Below are positions 22,390 through 36,180 of a stretch of DNA of 64,000 nt, piece after piece. Position numbers and translations under genes: made by a program. The DNA is from Kudoa neothunni (Eukaryota > Animalia > Cnidaria). The notes under the pieces are model-generated. The model was not told the origin of the DNA and searched no databases. It saw only the letters and a program-made list of their open reading frames with translations. Numbering within the stretch: position 1 is the first letter of the stretch; the number at the start of each line of letters is the position of its first letter. The DNA is taken from assembly GCA_964304625.1 (NCBI GenBank), contig OZ199838.1:5592178-5656177 (forward strand), written 5' to 3'.

Positions 22390-24597
22390 ATGAAATTAAG
22401 TGATAACAAAAATCAACAATCGGATGTAAATACACTTGATGACGATGAAAATAATAAGATTTTGATGAAACTCAAAAAATCTTTGCTTAACTTGGAGAAA
22501 AGTATCACAAAAAATCGAGAACTAAGAGTAAAATATTACGATCAACCATCAAGGTGAGGGTTCTTTTGTGATTAAGTTTTGAGGGCATTTGATTTGTACA
22601 TCAATTATAGATTTATTGAATCAGAATGTGATCTGTACGATGAATTGCAATCGTTCATTATGAACATGCCGGAAACGATGCATTTCTTGTCATTAATTAG
22701 ATTGAAGTTTATTGACACTTTATTTGAACTGTTAGCTCACGAGAATACAGGTTATTTTAATTCTCTTTTTTTTATTAAATAAAAAACTGTTATTTTAATT
22801 TTTTCAGATATTGCAATATGTGTGTTGCAAATATTGTTCGATATGTCTGACACAGAAGATATTATGAATTATGAGTCGATTGCGGAAGAATTTTTCGATT
22901 CACTGGTAACGATTCGCACACAGAAATATCCTGTTTACTAAATAATTCAAACAGGCCACTAATAATGTCCTAAAAGCTGTGAATGAGTTGTTGAATCGAT
23001 TTTTGAATGAAAATGAAATAGAAAATTGCGAATATGTTTTTGTATATTTTTCACTCAAAAACAAGTATTTTAAAAATTATTAATGGGTTTTAGCTTTGAT
23101 CGATAATGTGCTGGAATATGACCGAGGATCGCTATCGAATTCGGTAGACGTAATAGGAAACTTTTTGGTGTTTCTAGTTGATTTCATAAAAGTTCGTAGT
23201 CTATTGTTATAATCATCCTATTGGCTTTTATTTGGTTATAGTTTGATAAGAGAGACAGTCATCTTTCGTTAAAGTTACACGCAGCAGATATACTTGCTGT
23301 ATTGCTTCAGATGGATCTCAGTATGTTATCTGTTGTTGGATTGCGAATGAACTTACCTAACGATTGACGAACTATTATAGATAATAATCAAGTTTTTCAT
23401 TCAAAAAACGGTGTCAAATTGTTACTGGACTTACTGACGGTAAATATTTCCTCCAAAATTAACACCACACTTAAATCGATCCTACCATTGATTAGACGTA
23501 TAAATGGATGATCCCCCGAGGGGTGAAGAACGCGAATTGATGGAAACACTTTTTGATGCACTCTGTTCGTGTTTGTTGTTCGAATTTAATAAGGAACAAT
23601 TTTACTCAAACGATGGACTTCTTCTGATGATAGCGATGCTAAAACAGAGAAAGAAAAGCTGCTTTGGCGCCATTAAAGTTTTGAGTTTTCTATTTTCCTC
23701 GGGGACCCCATCAAGATCTACAGGATAATGTACATGTGTTTGTGGAAAAACTTGATTGAAATATTTGTTTCCTTTATTTATGAAAAATATCAAAAAATCC
23801 TCAACTATGTCGAGGAACGATTTCGATGGTAAAATAAGCCGAATGTTCCATGGACACAATTTCATTTATTTATTTCTATAGAGCATTTTTGCACAATAAT
23901 CAAATCTCTCCTTAGAAATAGTGATGGCATCCATTATCAACGCGTGATTAATAAATTCGTCGAGAATGGCTATGAAAAGGTGAGAAGAGTTTACCAGTTT
24001 TATTAATTGCAGCATGTGAGCTAGTTGTAATTGATGATTGTAGCTGGATCGACTTTTAGAAATATTCTCAACTTACATTGACAAAGTGAATGTTTGTGAT
24101 AGGAAAACATTGAGCCAACTACAACACAATAACACCATGTTAGAAGACTACAAAAATGACCCTTCAATACACAACGAACGATTGGCCAATGGTCTTTTCA
24201 CTCTTCAGCTTGTTTCGGTTGTATTGTTGGAGTTGCTGACGCTTGATAGCGATGATATTCACTCTCGAATAGTCAATTATCTCCATCAAAATTCTATCAA
24301 TATTCTCAAATTGGTTGATATCATTCAAGGTTTATATTCCATTCTCGTTTCCCAGACTCTTATAACGGATTGCTTATGATTATTTTTATTAAATTAATCT
24401 CATTTGTCAAATATAATTTTTTATTTTTTTTAGATTATTGCGAAAAACTAACCGAAACTGTTGACTCCAACCCAATTGTAACAAACGATAATGTTCAAGA
24501 ATCTAACGAGGTTCGTGATTCCCAACTTCTAATAAAAGACGCGTTCATTGAAAGAAAACGTTTAGAGCTACTTCTCAGCAGAGTTAAAAATATATAA
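22390..24597 (+). CDS. CTNNBL1: Beta-catenin-like protein 1 (Prp19/CDC5L spliceosomal complex), multi-exon
   Basis: LKKSLLNLEKSITKNRELRVKYYDQPSRFIESECDL, LLAHENTDIA, DPPRGEERELMETLFDALCSCL, RVINKFVENGYEKLDRLLE, ERLANGLFTLQLV; short GT-AG introns. Confidence 0.93.
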
Positions 24598-26220
24598 ATA
24601 ATCTTGATCAAAAATTTAGAATTGTTACTTTATATTCTTTGTTTTTCCCTGCAATATTCTAATTGACGCTTTAATGGTTTATAATGCTTTATTCACACGT
24701 TTTAAAGCCGCATCATTTACTCGAACAGTAGAGCCTCAATATATATATAGCGTAGTTACAGCTTTCTTCAAGAGTTTCGGTTGAATTAATAATGTTAAGA
24801 TTTACGTGGTTACGTACTTTTGAAATTAATATGAAAAACAAAGATAATGAATTTGTTTTATAATTTTGGGGAATTTTAGCAATTTTCTATTGCGTAATAG
24901 ATTTCATTCCAGATTTGCTACATTATGTGGAGTTTATTTTGTATTAAGAAAATATGTTGACTTACCTGCCGTATCACCGATCCGAAAATAGACAGTATTT
25001 CGAATATTTTATCTCATACAAAAGTAAAATTTCTATCAATTATTTATATTATATGTGATATGAGCATCATTTAAGGTGAAGAAAAAAGCATTATTTTTAA
25101 TATAGAAAAAATAATTGGATATTAAAAAAATCCGCCGTTAACTAATCCAACTTATGAAAGTTAAAAAAGTAGAATTTAGTGGGAATAATTCCTAGTAGAT
25201 GTTTTGGAGTTCAAAAATAATATTATAATTAATAAAATATTCATAACTGTCGGAATATTTTATATCATTCGCCCTAAAATAAGTGTGATCGATTAAAATA
25301 TCTCAAAATTACGACTCCGATGAAAGAAACAATTTTAATTCGTTGTAATTGATTTAAAAATCATATTATCACACGAAGGTAAATTTCGAGCACTTATTTA
25401 GTATTTTTTATCTTAAACAAATAAAAAAATTTCAATATAATCTATTAGGGCCAATCATGTAGTTTATGATGCTTTAAATATCTTTGTAATATCTTTTAAC
25501 GTACAATTTACGTTTTCACGATCTTAGGTGTTATATTAAATAATTTAAAATTATCTTTCTAATACAAATATGATTTAGTTATAAAAAAACTTTTACCATA
25601 TATACCATACAATTTATTAGTAGGAAATAATGGAGTTTAAGCATGTAAAATATATTCTTAATTGCTTAAATGTCTATATTAGACAGAAATGTATGTAGAA
25701 AGTGGTTAGATGAATACATAATATTAAAAAATTATAATATAGAATTATTTAGGTAAATCTCTCTTAGGTTTATTACAAAATCATCTCAAAAATACAATCA
25801 TTGAATAGATCAATGCGTATTCTAACTCAAATTTAAAAATGGTTTGGCGTTTTTTAAACCCACAAAACTCATTATTATAATATTGACTTCTTTTATTACG
25901 AATGAATCCAAAATAAGAATACTATAATAATTTTCTTAACAATTTGTAATTCACAAAATATTTTTATTGATTTTTTAGATGAATCTCTGGATTTGAAAAC
26001 TAAACAGCTTAAACCTTAAATAATACTTTGACCGTTCATAGTTCTTAAGTCATAATACAGAAAGTTGAGAATAAAAATAATCATTATTTATTATAAGAAA
26101 CAATGGCTCTCAAATATTAAATAAGAAGTTTTTGTAAAAAGAGTTTGTATTTACATAAATTAATTCAATCCATCTCAATGTTATTCGACAAAATGAATAA
26201 TTTTTCTAAGTTTGGTCTTT

Positions 26221-26648
26221 TTATTTTGAACTTTTAGAAATAGCAGCATAGCGTGATTCTAAACAGATAACCGAAGTAGAATAGTCGTTGACAATAAAAT
26301 CAACAGTAATATTTACCGAGAATACTGACTCTTTTCTTCAGGGGTTCCATTAATTTGGTAAAATCAGCAATTTTCTGCTCGATTTCTTCAATTTTAGTTT
26401 CGCATCTAGACAGCGATTGAACTAAAAAGATTGAATCAGGTATCGTAACGAATAGTTACTTTTTTGCTCTGTTACTTTGGAGTCTGTGATCAATTCCCCT
26501 ATTTTCATTTTCAGCCCTTCAAATTCTTTACACTGAGACTTATTAACTTCGATGAGATATTCTACTTCATTCAGTTTGATGTCATGATGGGATCTTGCCA
26601 GTTTTTGAAAACAATCCAATAATTTATCAGCTTTCTCCTCAAAGACAT
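26221..26648 (-). CDS. BLOC1S2: BLOC-1 subunit 2-like coiled-coil protein (3 exons; start needs a 1-nt correction)
   Basis: EEKADKLLDCFQKLARSHHDIKLNEVEYLIEVNKSQCKEFEGLKMKIGELITDSKVTEQKIQSLSRCETKIEEIEQKIADFTKLMEPLKKRVSILESRYAAISKSSK* parallels the recalled BLOC1S2 pattern (MFSKM..LLENMNK..LNQKY..INVIEEQV..KLEAKY). The ATG at 26648 is one base out of frame. Confidence 0.6.
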
Positions 26649-27848
26649 TTGTTCAGAGTCGACCAACTAGCTTAACACTTTTTGTTTTCGGTCCAATAAT
26701 CCGATTCGAAGATATTAATCCTCGTCCGAATACGGTGTAATTAATTTTGAAAAGATTTATTCTTTTATTATTTACGATTCCCTAAAAAATATTAAACTTT
26801 TATTAATAAAAAATTTAATCCTAAATTAGGTGTACTATTTCCATTTTTAATACCAACAATTTCTATTTATTTAGAGCTGATGTATTCAGTTAATTTGTTA
26901 AAATGTTATATTTAATGATTAAATACAATAAAAAATAGTTCGATTCTTAATATTAATTACCTCCAAAATGCAGTGTTATTGTGCAATCAATTCTACTCAT
27001 CCTAGTGTTAACGAGAACAAGATGAGCATCCATTTTTTCGAGCTAGAAATGATCTTTTTATTTGATCATATTTTTAGAAAATTAATTAAAGATTTAAAAA
27101 ATATAGTCTCATTTGTATCACGATTTGTTTATATTTTTCTATTATCTAAATATAGTAAAGTCTCGATATAACGCAGTAAATCGGGACTTGGGTTTTACTA
27201 CGCTGTAATAAATCACCAGTTGATACTGATGAATATACATGCGCACCAGAATTAAAATTCGTTAAAGAAATCCATATATCATGGAATTTTACCTTCTAAT
27301 TGTAATTAACAGACTTAACTTATCCATAAAAAAAATTTAATACGCATAATTATTAAAAATACTTTGTTTATAAATAACTTTTCAATGATAACGATCTCGC
27401 TGTTTTTAGATCCGAAAAGTATCTTTTTAAATTAAGATATGCTTCCTTTACATCTTTATATTTTACATGAATTATATCGTGAATTATTTCAATTTCGTAA
27501 CTAGTTCGCAACATCATCAGGAAATAAATATATAAAAATTTCTGATAAAAAAAATGACTTCAACTGTAAATACAAATTATCTTATTGGATAATTTTTAAA
27601 AATACTTGTGATATTTTGAAACATTTTTTAACGATTAATGGCGCTCTACTCGTCTCCAAAATCATTGTCAATATATTTAAATAGTTGTAAATTTAAGACT
27701 TACCATATATTGATTATTTTTACAAAAAAGAATCTTCCTGCTATAATATTTTTTACAATTGGTATTCAAAAATCGTATCTTGCCAAAATAAAGTCCTTCG
27801 GTTGGAGTATGTATACTCGATATTTTTCCGCAAAATAGTGATTCGATA

Positions 27849-30844
27849 CAGACAATGCCCGTTCGTGTGTTCGTTCGTATCATGAGCGGACGAATTTTTC
27901 TGATCTTAAAACTTTGGACACGAAACGCACGAATAGTTTCGTTCGTGTTTCGTGTGCGAGGATGGTGGTAAAGTATGCGGCGTAGCGGACGAGGGTCGAG
28001 CCCATGACCTTCAAACCTAGAAGTGGGGGAACCTTATTACTTGACTATGGGACCATAGCGCTGGCGCACGATTACGCCCTATTGTTAATATCTGGATACG
28101 CTACGGCGGCAACTAAAAAAATCCACTTGCGAATGTTTTTCGAATGTTTTTTCTCATGATTTTCCATGATAAAATAAAAGAATATGGAGAGCGAAAAATA
28201 ATAACTTCAAATTTTAAGAATTTTTCATCCGAACGCGGTCGGATATACGTGTATTCTCCATATTTTTTCCACAAACGTCGAATTTTTTTCGTTTCTCTCT
28301 TAGTTATTAACTCAATAATTATTTATTATTACTGTTAAGATTTTTTACTGTTGATATATAACAATTTTATATGGACTAATTTTAATAATAAACTTATTGC
28401 ATGTTTCTCAAAAACATTTCATTTTTCACTATAAAAACACTTTTTGAATTTAAAAATTAGATATTGACGTTGTACGATTTTTTAGTATATAATTTTTTCA
28501 ATTTAATTTGTTGTTAGAAATTAAGAATTTATTTAATTTTTATTATTAAACTTCAGAAACCTAACTTTTAAAATGACAATATAAGACAGTTTTATCTTGC
28601 AATATCTGTAATATATTGAAAAATAAATATTAAGCTATATTTTTATTTTTTCGTAAGTTTTTGTATATGTTGAAATTTAGTAACAACAAATTCGGCAAAT
28701 ATACGAATTGAGAATATTATTAAGTGTAAACTCAATATCTTAACTAAGGTTATTATTTTTGTCGGTACACATATAATTGACTAAAACTACTAAATGTATA
28801 GAACTAACAATTTGGGATTTTTAATAACAACATTGTTACGTTTATGAATGTTATACTAGACACAACACGTAAGAATTCTTCTAATAAAGTAATAACTTCA
28901 TACAATCAGCCAAAAATTATTTCCGATTGAAATTTAATGTTTATCTAAAACATAGTATTGATTTATTTATAGGAAACTCATCAGTTCTAAGAATATTAAG
29001 AAAATGAATTTTGAAAGCACACGGTTGTCCTCATTTTTAAACTATTCATTATTAAAACCAATAAAAACATGTATAGATAAATCTGATATTGTAAAATTTA
29101 TGTTCATATGCTAAAACATATGAAGAATATCCAATTTATGAGTGCTTATCAAAACAAATCAGACAACAATTCAATGTTTGTTGGAAAAAACGATGGAGAT
29201 TGCACATGTATCCGACAGCGTTTGGATGAAAAATTCTTAAAATTTAAAAGTTATTATTTTAAGCTGAATTTTATCTTTTTATTCATTTATTTTATTATGA
29301 ACAATCATGAAAAAAAAGATATTCGAAAAACTATTCGCAAGAGGGGTGTTTTTTAGGTGGCACATACTTTACCATTACCAAAAAGATCTTAAATATGAAA
29401 TTAATGTTAAAATTCAGCTACCACAACACATTCGTTCTTAGCCAATCCATCAAAGTATTTTTTAGCTGGATGATTTTCTAGCAAACCCTCCGAACTATCG
29501 AAACACACCACTAACGTCCTATATCGATCGCTGCGACCTCTCCATGGTCGCCTGGCTGAGCCCCATTGTATTTTCATTGGTAATTTGGACTGTAAATCTG
29601 CTGTTTTATGAACGGATCTGCTCAGTTTGTCAACATTCACCCTTAGTAAGGATAAATCGGATGTGCTGTTTGTACTGAGATCCCAAACTACACGTAATAA
29701 ACAAATCGAAATTATATATTATAGCGAAAGTAAAATTTATTTATAAACTTATTAGTGAAAAAAACATAAAATCAATATATTAAAATATAAATTATTTAAA
29801 TTTAGATTATAACAGTTTTAACTTGATTTACCAAACAGAATTATGAGAGATTAAGATAGCATATCACTTTTACATTTATTTACTCACCAAAATTTTTACA
29901 TCAATTTATACATAAAATACCTTGAGATATTAAATTGTGAAGGCGGTGAGAAGTACATCTGGTTATTTCAAACTATCTTAAACCTGATAGATTGTTCGCC
30001 GCGGAGTCGCAAACAATTCTTAGATTAGATTTGCTAAGTGAGAATTTAGTACAAAATTTCATGCAAATTTTATTTTATATTTTCTGCGGTGTGCTTTACA
30101 GGAAAATAGATCATGTCATATTGGAAATGTCGAAGGGTGAAATTTTTAACAAATAATGCTGATATATCAATGAATTAATTGATTTTGGCATTATCGGTCC
30201 AAATATCAACGGTTAGGCACATACTTTTGTGATTAATTGTTTTAATTAATTTTTCCATTTTTAAATACATGCGCTCATACTCATTCACAATTACTGGTTT
30301 AACGCATTTTTTTATAAAACCTTAATCCTAGCATTAGGTTCATTGAACTTTTTTCCTAAGTTAAATGCAAAGTTCATCGTCTCTGTAAACGATACATTTC
30401 CTGTTATTGTGAACGGGGAGATTGTTTCGACTACAAAATTAGTGATTTTAGTGTCAAACATTAACTGATCTGATACGCTTAAATTAACAATAGATAAAGG
30501 TGGAACAAATAATTCACTAATTTCTATATCTTTATTTGTTTGAGCATGTAACTTATTAGGATTAATAAATTACCTATTCCCGTAAGCTGACTTATGCTGG
30601 AATGCTTTGATGCACTTTGTGCAAACAATAAAGTCAATTTGGGATGTTTCATTCCCGTCTTTAGTAAAGATGAACAGGAATCGTCCCATTCTTTAGAACG
30701 CGTCATAGATTTTTTCCAAGGTAAAAGTCTATCAGCTTTCAAAGCCTCTTCAACATTTTCAACATTCCAGTTTGACATAATGTAACTAAAAGAGGACACG
30801 AACAAGAACGGACGAAATTTTCACGAACGAATGGGCATTGTCTG
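27849..30844 (-). mobile_element. hAT transposon, internally deleted copy of the 57320-60870 family
   Basis: TIRs CAGACAATGCCC(G/A)TTCGT; TSD ATTCGATA / ATTAGATA (7/8). Transposase remnant 30781-29410 is closely similar to the copy at 57361; the C-terminal coding part is missing. Confidence 0.92.
27981..28105. mobile_element. 125-bp solo-LTR-like element with tRNA-like core, inserted in the hAT element
   Basis: Inverted ends CGTAGCG..CGCTACG (TGTAGCG in the second hAT copy), 4-bp TSD GCGG, A-box-like TAGTCAAGTAATAAGG and B-box-like GGCTCGACCC on the minus strand. Confidence 0.6.
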
Positions 30845-33800
30845 ATTAGATATATTAAAAAATACTCTAAATATCTTAATTAATTTTTAGCAAAATCAAT
30901 ATCAATCTTTATTATTTTAATCTATCAAAAATCCATGTATATTTTCTTTTATTTCCCGAAGGTATCTCCAGATTATTAATATCTTCGGTTTGAATATACT
31001 TTCAACTTTGAATAATTATTGGATAGGAATAAAAGTTTAACTTACTATTCGCGCATATTTAGTAAAAATGGGTTTAAAAGTTGATTATTTTAAACGAATC
31101 TAAATCGAATTCATATCAACAAAATGTCTACTAAGTAAATAAGATTAAAGGACTTTTACATTGGTCTAAAAAATAATTTTGTCCTGATAAACTATTCAAT
31201 TATTTAATTTTTAAACTAAGCTTTTCCAAAATTTCATCGTATTATATGTTGAGATGTGAAATTTACGGGGTTAATAGAATTAAAATGAACATGTCTACTT
31301 CGCATAGTAAATCATTAAATTCTGTTATATAGTAGTCTATTTTGATTTTGTTGTTCATACTTATTTTTAAATATGTAATCATACCAATCGCAAAACTTCC
31401 GAATTTAGTTTAAACTTCGATACACACATCAACTAGGCTATATTGATGCTCTACCACATGGGTCGGGAGCCTATGGCTCGCAGACAAATTTTCAATTCTA
31501 AAAAAATGCTTCGTTAGACTTCTTTGAGCGTATACAAAACAGTCTCTACGGAAAATCAGTTACGTACTGTATCACACACTGAAGTGTGTGAGTATTTCTG
31601 TTATCATAAAGTTTGGCTCTACTCATATATGTGAACAGTTTTTCTATATCTAAAAGACATTAACACCAAACTACGGTCACGTTTAACCGTCGAAGGAGCG
31701 TGTGTCGAAAACTTCAGTATGTGCCCATGGGAGTCGTTTTTGACTCCATCATTATTTTCTTATTTCATTGTACAATGGACCTCAAAAGTTATTCTTGTAT
31801 TACTACTTACCACACAACTATATTAACCGATTAGAAGTTTGCTTTAGAGGAAATAAAATTGAGAAAAATGTAATTAATTCTTCGATTAAATATTAAAATC
31901 ATCTGCATCGAAACGCTTGTTAATCTAGATTTCAAATCTATGTTTTATTGTATTTACATTGTTGAAAGTTTCAGGAGGTAAAATAACGTTGTTAAATCAA
32001 ATATAGAACAGAAATGAACACAAGCGACCGTACAAGGTATCAGGCATGATTTCCAGGAAAAGTCGTTAATAAAAAAATTGAAAGTAAGGTTACGTATGGA
32101 TCATTGCTGTAAGTATTTGATTATGTCTGTACATTCAAAATAAACAAATTAAATATGAAAATTTAAAACAGATTTATTTAAAAATAAATCACATTCATTC
32201 CGGGGTTTCCTAAAGAGAAAGCAAGTTATTGTCAAAGATAACATAAATCGATTTCTAAACTACATGTCTGGCAATAAAACCAGTTCTTTATTAAGATTTC
32301 GTTAAAAAATGCACATCGGGATCTTTTGCATGGATCAATGATTATTGTGAATTAGGCGTTTCGCCAATATCAATACATTTATTAAATAGTTCTAAACTAT
32401 ATTTTAAATGCAAATGATAATGACCCTTGAGAGTCAGGCAAAAATATTGACTAATAAGTTACGATGCCCCCTCCCGAAGTTGATACACGTATACTGTAAA
32501 TTAGCCCCAAATTATTGATATTGTTATCAAAAGGCATTCCTAAATATAAATTTCTTCTGAAATTAATCATCTAAAATGAAATAATATACTTTGTTTCCTA
32601 TAACGTTTAAAATACATATAGCCGATAAATCTTAATTTAATCTTATGACGTCATCGTAATCCTTCGATAGGAAAAAGGAAAACAAACCATTTGCACATTT
32701 ATTGAATGTTAAATATATATTAATTGCGATAATTTGTCTTTTTTATTTTGATCTATAAATAATTTTAATATGGAGTTATAGCATGAAGTATGTGTTCAAT
32801 TATACAAGCATTTTTTCTAGGACAAATTCTAATATTTTTTTTAAATTTGAGTTTATTTAATATATGAATACACTTTCTATGATTAAATGAATTTTACTTT
32901 GAAGTCTATGAGGTTTTCATTTATAAAAATAAGATTTACCAAAAATGGGGTCACGATAGACCCGCTTGGTCCCGGGAGAGTTAGTGGATGTAAGTCTCAA
33001 TGCCTGAACGAAGCTTAATCTTACCAAGTATAAACCAACCTACGAAACCATCTGCAAAAACATGTAGAACCTGAAGTCGCATTAATAATGAGAAATATTC
33101 TTCACTGATTAACAATAGCGTAAAAATGCTATTAAAAAGAATTTAGTGACTTGTTTTACTTTAAAATGTTGGAATTGTGCCAAACGTCATATGTATTTCT
33201 GTTTTTAGTTTCAAAACATATTGTATGGCTCTCATAGAATTAGGTTTAAAAATATGTGGTCTTTGTGACTTTCTTACCAAAAAAGGTTCGCAATCCTGTC
33301 CTACTGTGTGTCCAGTAAGCAACCGAATATTGCGCTCAACCTATAATACGCACTTTTTTCGGCCAAACCACGTAAATTAAATTGTTTTTATCGGAAAAAA
33401 AGGGAAAAATTTTGTTGAAATATCTGTCAAAAAATGATCGTATCCATGAAAATGAAAATAGAATAAATTTTATCTCAAGATAATGTTAGTTACCAATTAA
33501 AGAATGTTATAGGCGCACACAAATAAAGATTTTAGGGTAAAGATATAGAGAAAATATTTTCATATTGCGCTAAAAATGAATAAGAAATAAAATAGTATTT
33601 ATAATTTTTAAACACAAACTCTGTATTCTCACATAAATAATATTTTTACCGAAAAATAATTCAATATTATAAGCAAAATTGGCATAAACATATTTTAAAT
33701 TTGGAGTTTTTTAATTCTTGTTTTAATTCCGACCTTCGTGGGGTGCAAAAATTGGCTTTATATCAAGGAATTACAATAACAATAACTCACAAATATTCAT

Positions 33801-33921
33801 ATCGAAATAAATTGTTATTTTGCCAGAAATATACAAATACGTTCGTACTATTTTAAGAAATGTCGAAATGAATAGATATGAATCTCAGTATTATTTTTTT
33901 TATAGTGATCCATATAAGAAT

Positions 33922-34055
33922 TGTCGCTAGCGGTGTTCGAACATCAGGGCCATAGCTTGAAAGGCGGTAATGACATACCGTTCCGCTGCTCATCTCATCG
34001 CGTATATGTTAACTTAGGTTACAGCCCTAATAACGAATCATTAAAATTCACTACA
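33922..34055. mobile_element. tRNA-containing mini-LTR-like element (diverged)
   Basis: TGTCGC..CACTACA ends, TTCGAAC B-box on the reverse strand; shares AAAGGCG..ATGNCATACCG..CCGCT and TTACANCCCT blocks with 49167-49297. TSD not matched. Confidence 0.45.
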
Positions 34056-34737
34056 ATTTTAACAAAAAGGCAACCAACTTATGATAGATTTCATACAAAC
34101 AAAGAACAAATGCGTTATGCTTTGTTGTAGCTTCGTGCTCGTAGCTTAAATAACCAAAAAAATTTACATAAAAAATTTTTAAACTTTATAACAAATGATG
34201 TCACCCACGAAAATATATTGCTGATGAGTTGGCGCATGGATGAGCAAATTTTAACACAGCTGCGATGTAGGTGAATGATTTTATCACGCACTATAAAATT
34301 CCTGCTGCATGCGATAAAATATAAATTAATATTTTTTTCGTCATAACTAAGATAGATGAGTATTTTCACTGAAAATACGAAAATATTAAATATTCGTGCT
34401 TACGGCTTTTGACGCCTATGTGTGAATAATGCTTCCTACGTGCATGCATAATAACATAAGTGTCGAAAATAGGATTAAACTGTGTTGCAAATGTTTCTTA
34501 AATAATTTTCCTCATAAGAGCTCTGAGATTTCTCAAAATTTCTTTTATGATGGCATAATTAATTATTCGTAAATCTTATCGCAGATTATATAATTGAAAT
34601 GCGAAAAAGTTAGAAAATTTCAAACAAAGTGTATGCCGCTTACAATGTTTCACGTTAAGCACCGTATAAGCAAGCAAAGCCTGCGCAAAATTAAAGTTTG
34701 AACTGCACGCGGTAGTGTTTGCATCTACTTTCTTATT

Positions 34738-36180
34738 ATGGTCGAACTTATAGATAAATTGTCGTCACTCGGTGACAATGACTATTTTTCCGCAGGTTTT
34801 GGTCTCATTGGTATTGGAGCTGTGTTGAGCGCTTTACGAAAAAGCACAAGTTATTTGGATTTTGCCTTAAAAAAATATTGCACCACATCCATTGAAATTC
34901 CCAGCAAAGATACAAGTTATCAATGGATATTATATTGGTTGTCGAAACAAAATATGCTGGCCAACAAGCACACTATGGTTGAGACTGAGTTCAAACAATT
35001 GGACACTGGAAAAATTGTCAGTAGATATTCTTTCCCTCCATCCACCGGCACGCATTATATGTTTTATCAAGGATTGCCGATTCAAGTTGGTTTCAGTTTT
35101 GGTGTTATTGAGCTAAAAAAAGATGTTTTATGTGCGTTTTAGGTGGAAAGAACACGAGAAAAATCCACTCCAGATTTTTCACGAACAGGTCAACCATATG
35201 AAACACTCAAATTTAAAACGATCGGTCGAAATAGTAAAGTTTTCACCAGTATACTGGACGAAGCCAAAGAATTAATACAACAACAAAATGAAGGAAAAAC
35301 AGTTACCTACATATGTAGTGGTGCCGAGTGGGCACAATTCGGTTACCCCAAAATGCGACGTCCTCTATCTTCAGTCGTACTGGCTGACAACCTCGCCGAA
35401 AATATCCACAACGATATAAGAGAATTTATCGACAATCCAAAATGGTACACCGAACGTGGTATACCATATAGAAGGGGGTACCTGCTGCATGGTCCGCCTG
35501 GATGTGGCAAATCGAGTTTTATGTAATTTTTTAATAACCGGTGATCGGTTTGTATTGATTTTGCGATTAGAACCGCAATTGCAGGAGAAATCTATTACAA
35601 TCTGTGTGTGCTTAATCTGAGTGAACGAGGATTATCTGATGACCGTTTACATTATCTACTAAATACAGCGCCACCTCAAAGCATCATAGTTCTGGAAGAT
35701 GTTGATTGTGCTTTATCACACAATTCAGAAACCGATGTCTACAGAGTGGGTGAATTTGGAATGAATTTCTATACTAACATTCGGAATAGGTGTCGCGCAG
35801 TGGTCTTTTGAATTCGCTGGATGGTGTAGCATCCTCAGAAGAAAGGATAATATTCATGACTACCAATTATTTTGACAAGCTGGACTCTGCTCTTATTAGG
35901 CCTGGTAGAGTGGATGTGCTTCACAAAATTGACTACGTTACCAACTCTCAAATGGAACGACTTTTTAAACGTTTCTACCCTCAAATCTCTACTGAAATGT
36001 TGTCTCGGTTTTCGGCCAACGTTTCTTCTCTAAATGTACCGATTTCTCCTGCTCAAGTAGTTTTGAATTTGTTTTAATCATCTAATTCCTCCCTAGCTTC
36101 AAGGATACTTTTTAAAATACAAACATTCTCCTGAATTGGCTCTACAAAATTTCAACCAGCTTCTGAATACTCATAAATAA
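34738..36180 (+). CDS. BCS1L: Mitochondrial chaperone BCS1 (complex III Rieske protein insertion AAA-ATPase), 5 exons
   Basis: [16 protein letters not shown] segment, [35 protein letters not shown] (Walker A), IIVLEDVD (Walker B), [41 protein letters not shown]. Confidence 0.97.

Noticed and set aside
26654-26656. In-frame TGA upstream of the BLOC1S2 frame as a second Sec codon
   Set aside because: Better explained as 5' UTR with a 1-nt error after the ATG at 26648; no redox motif or SECIS seen.
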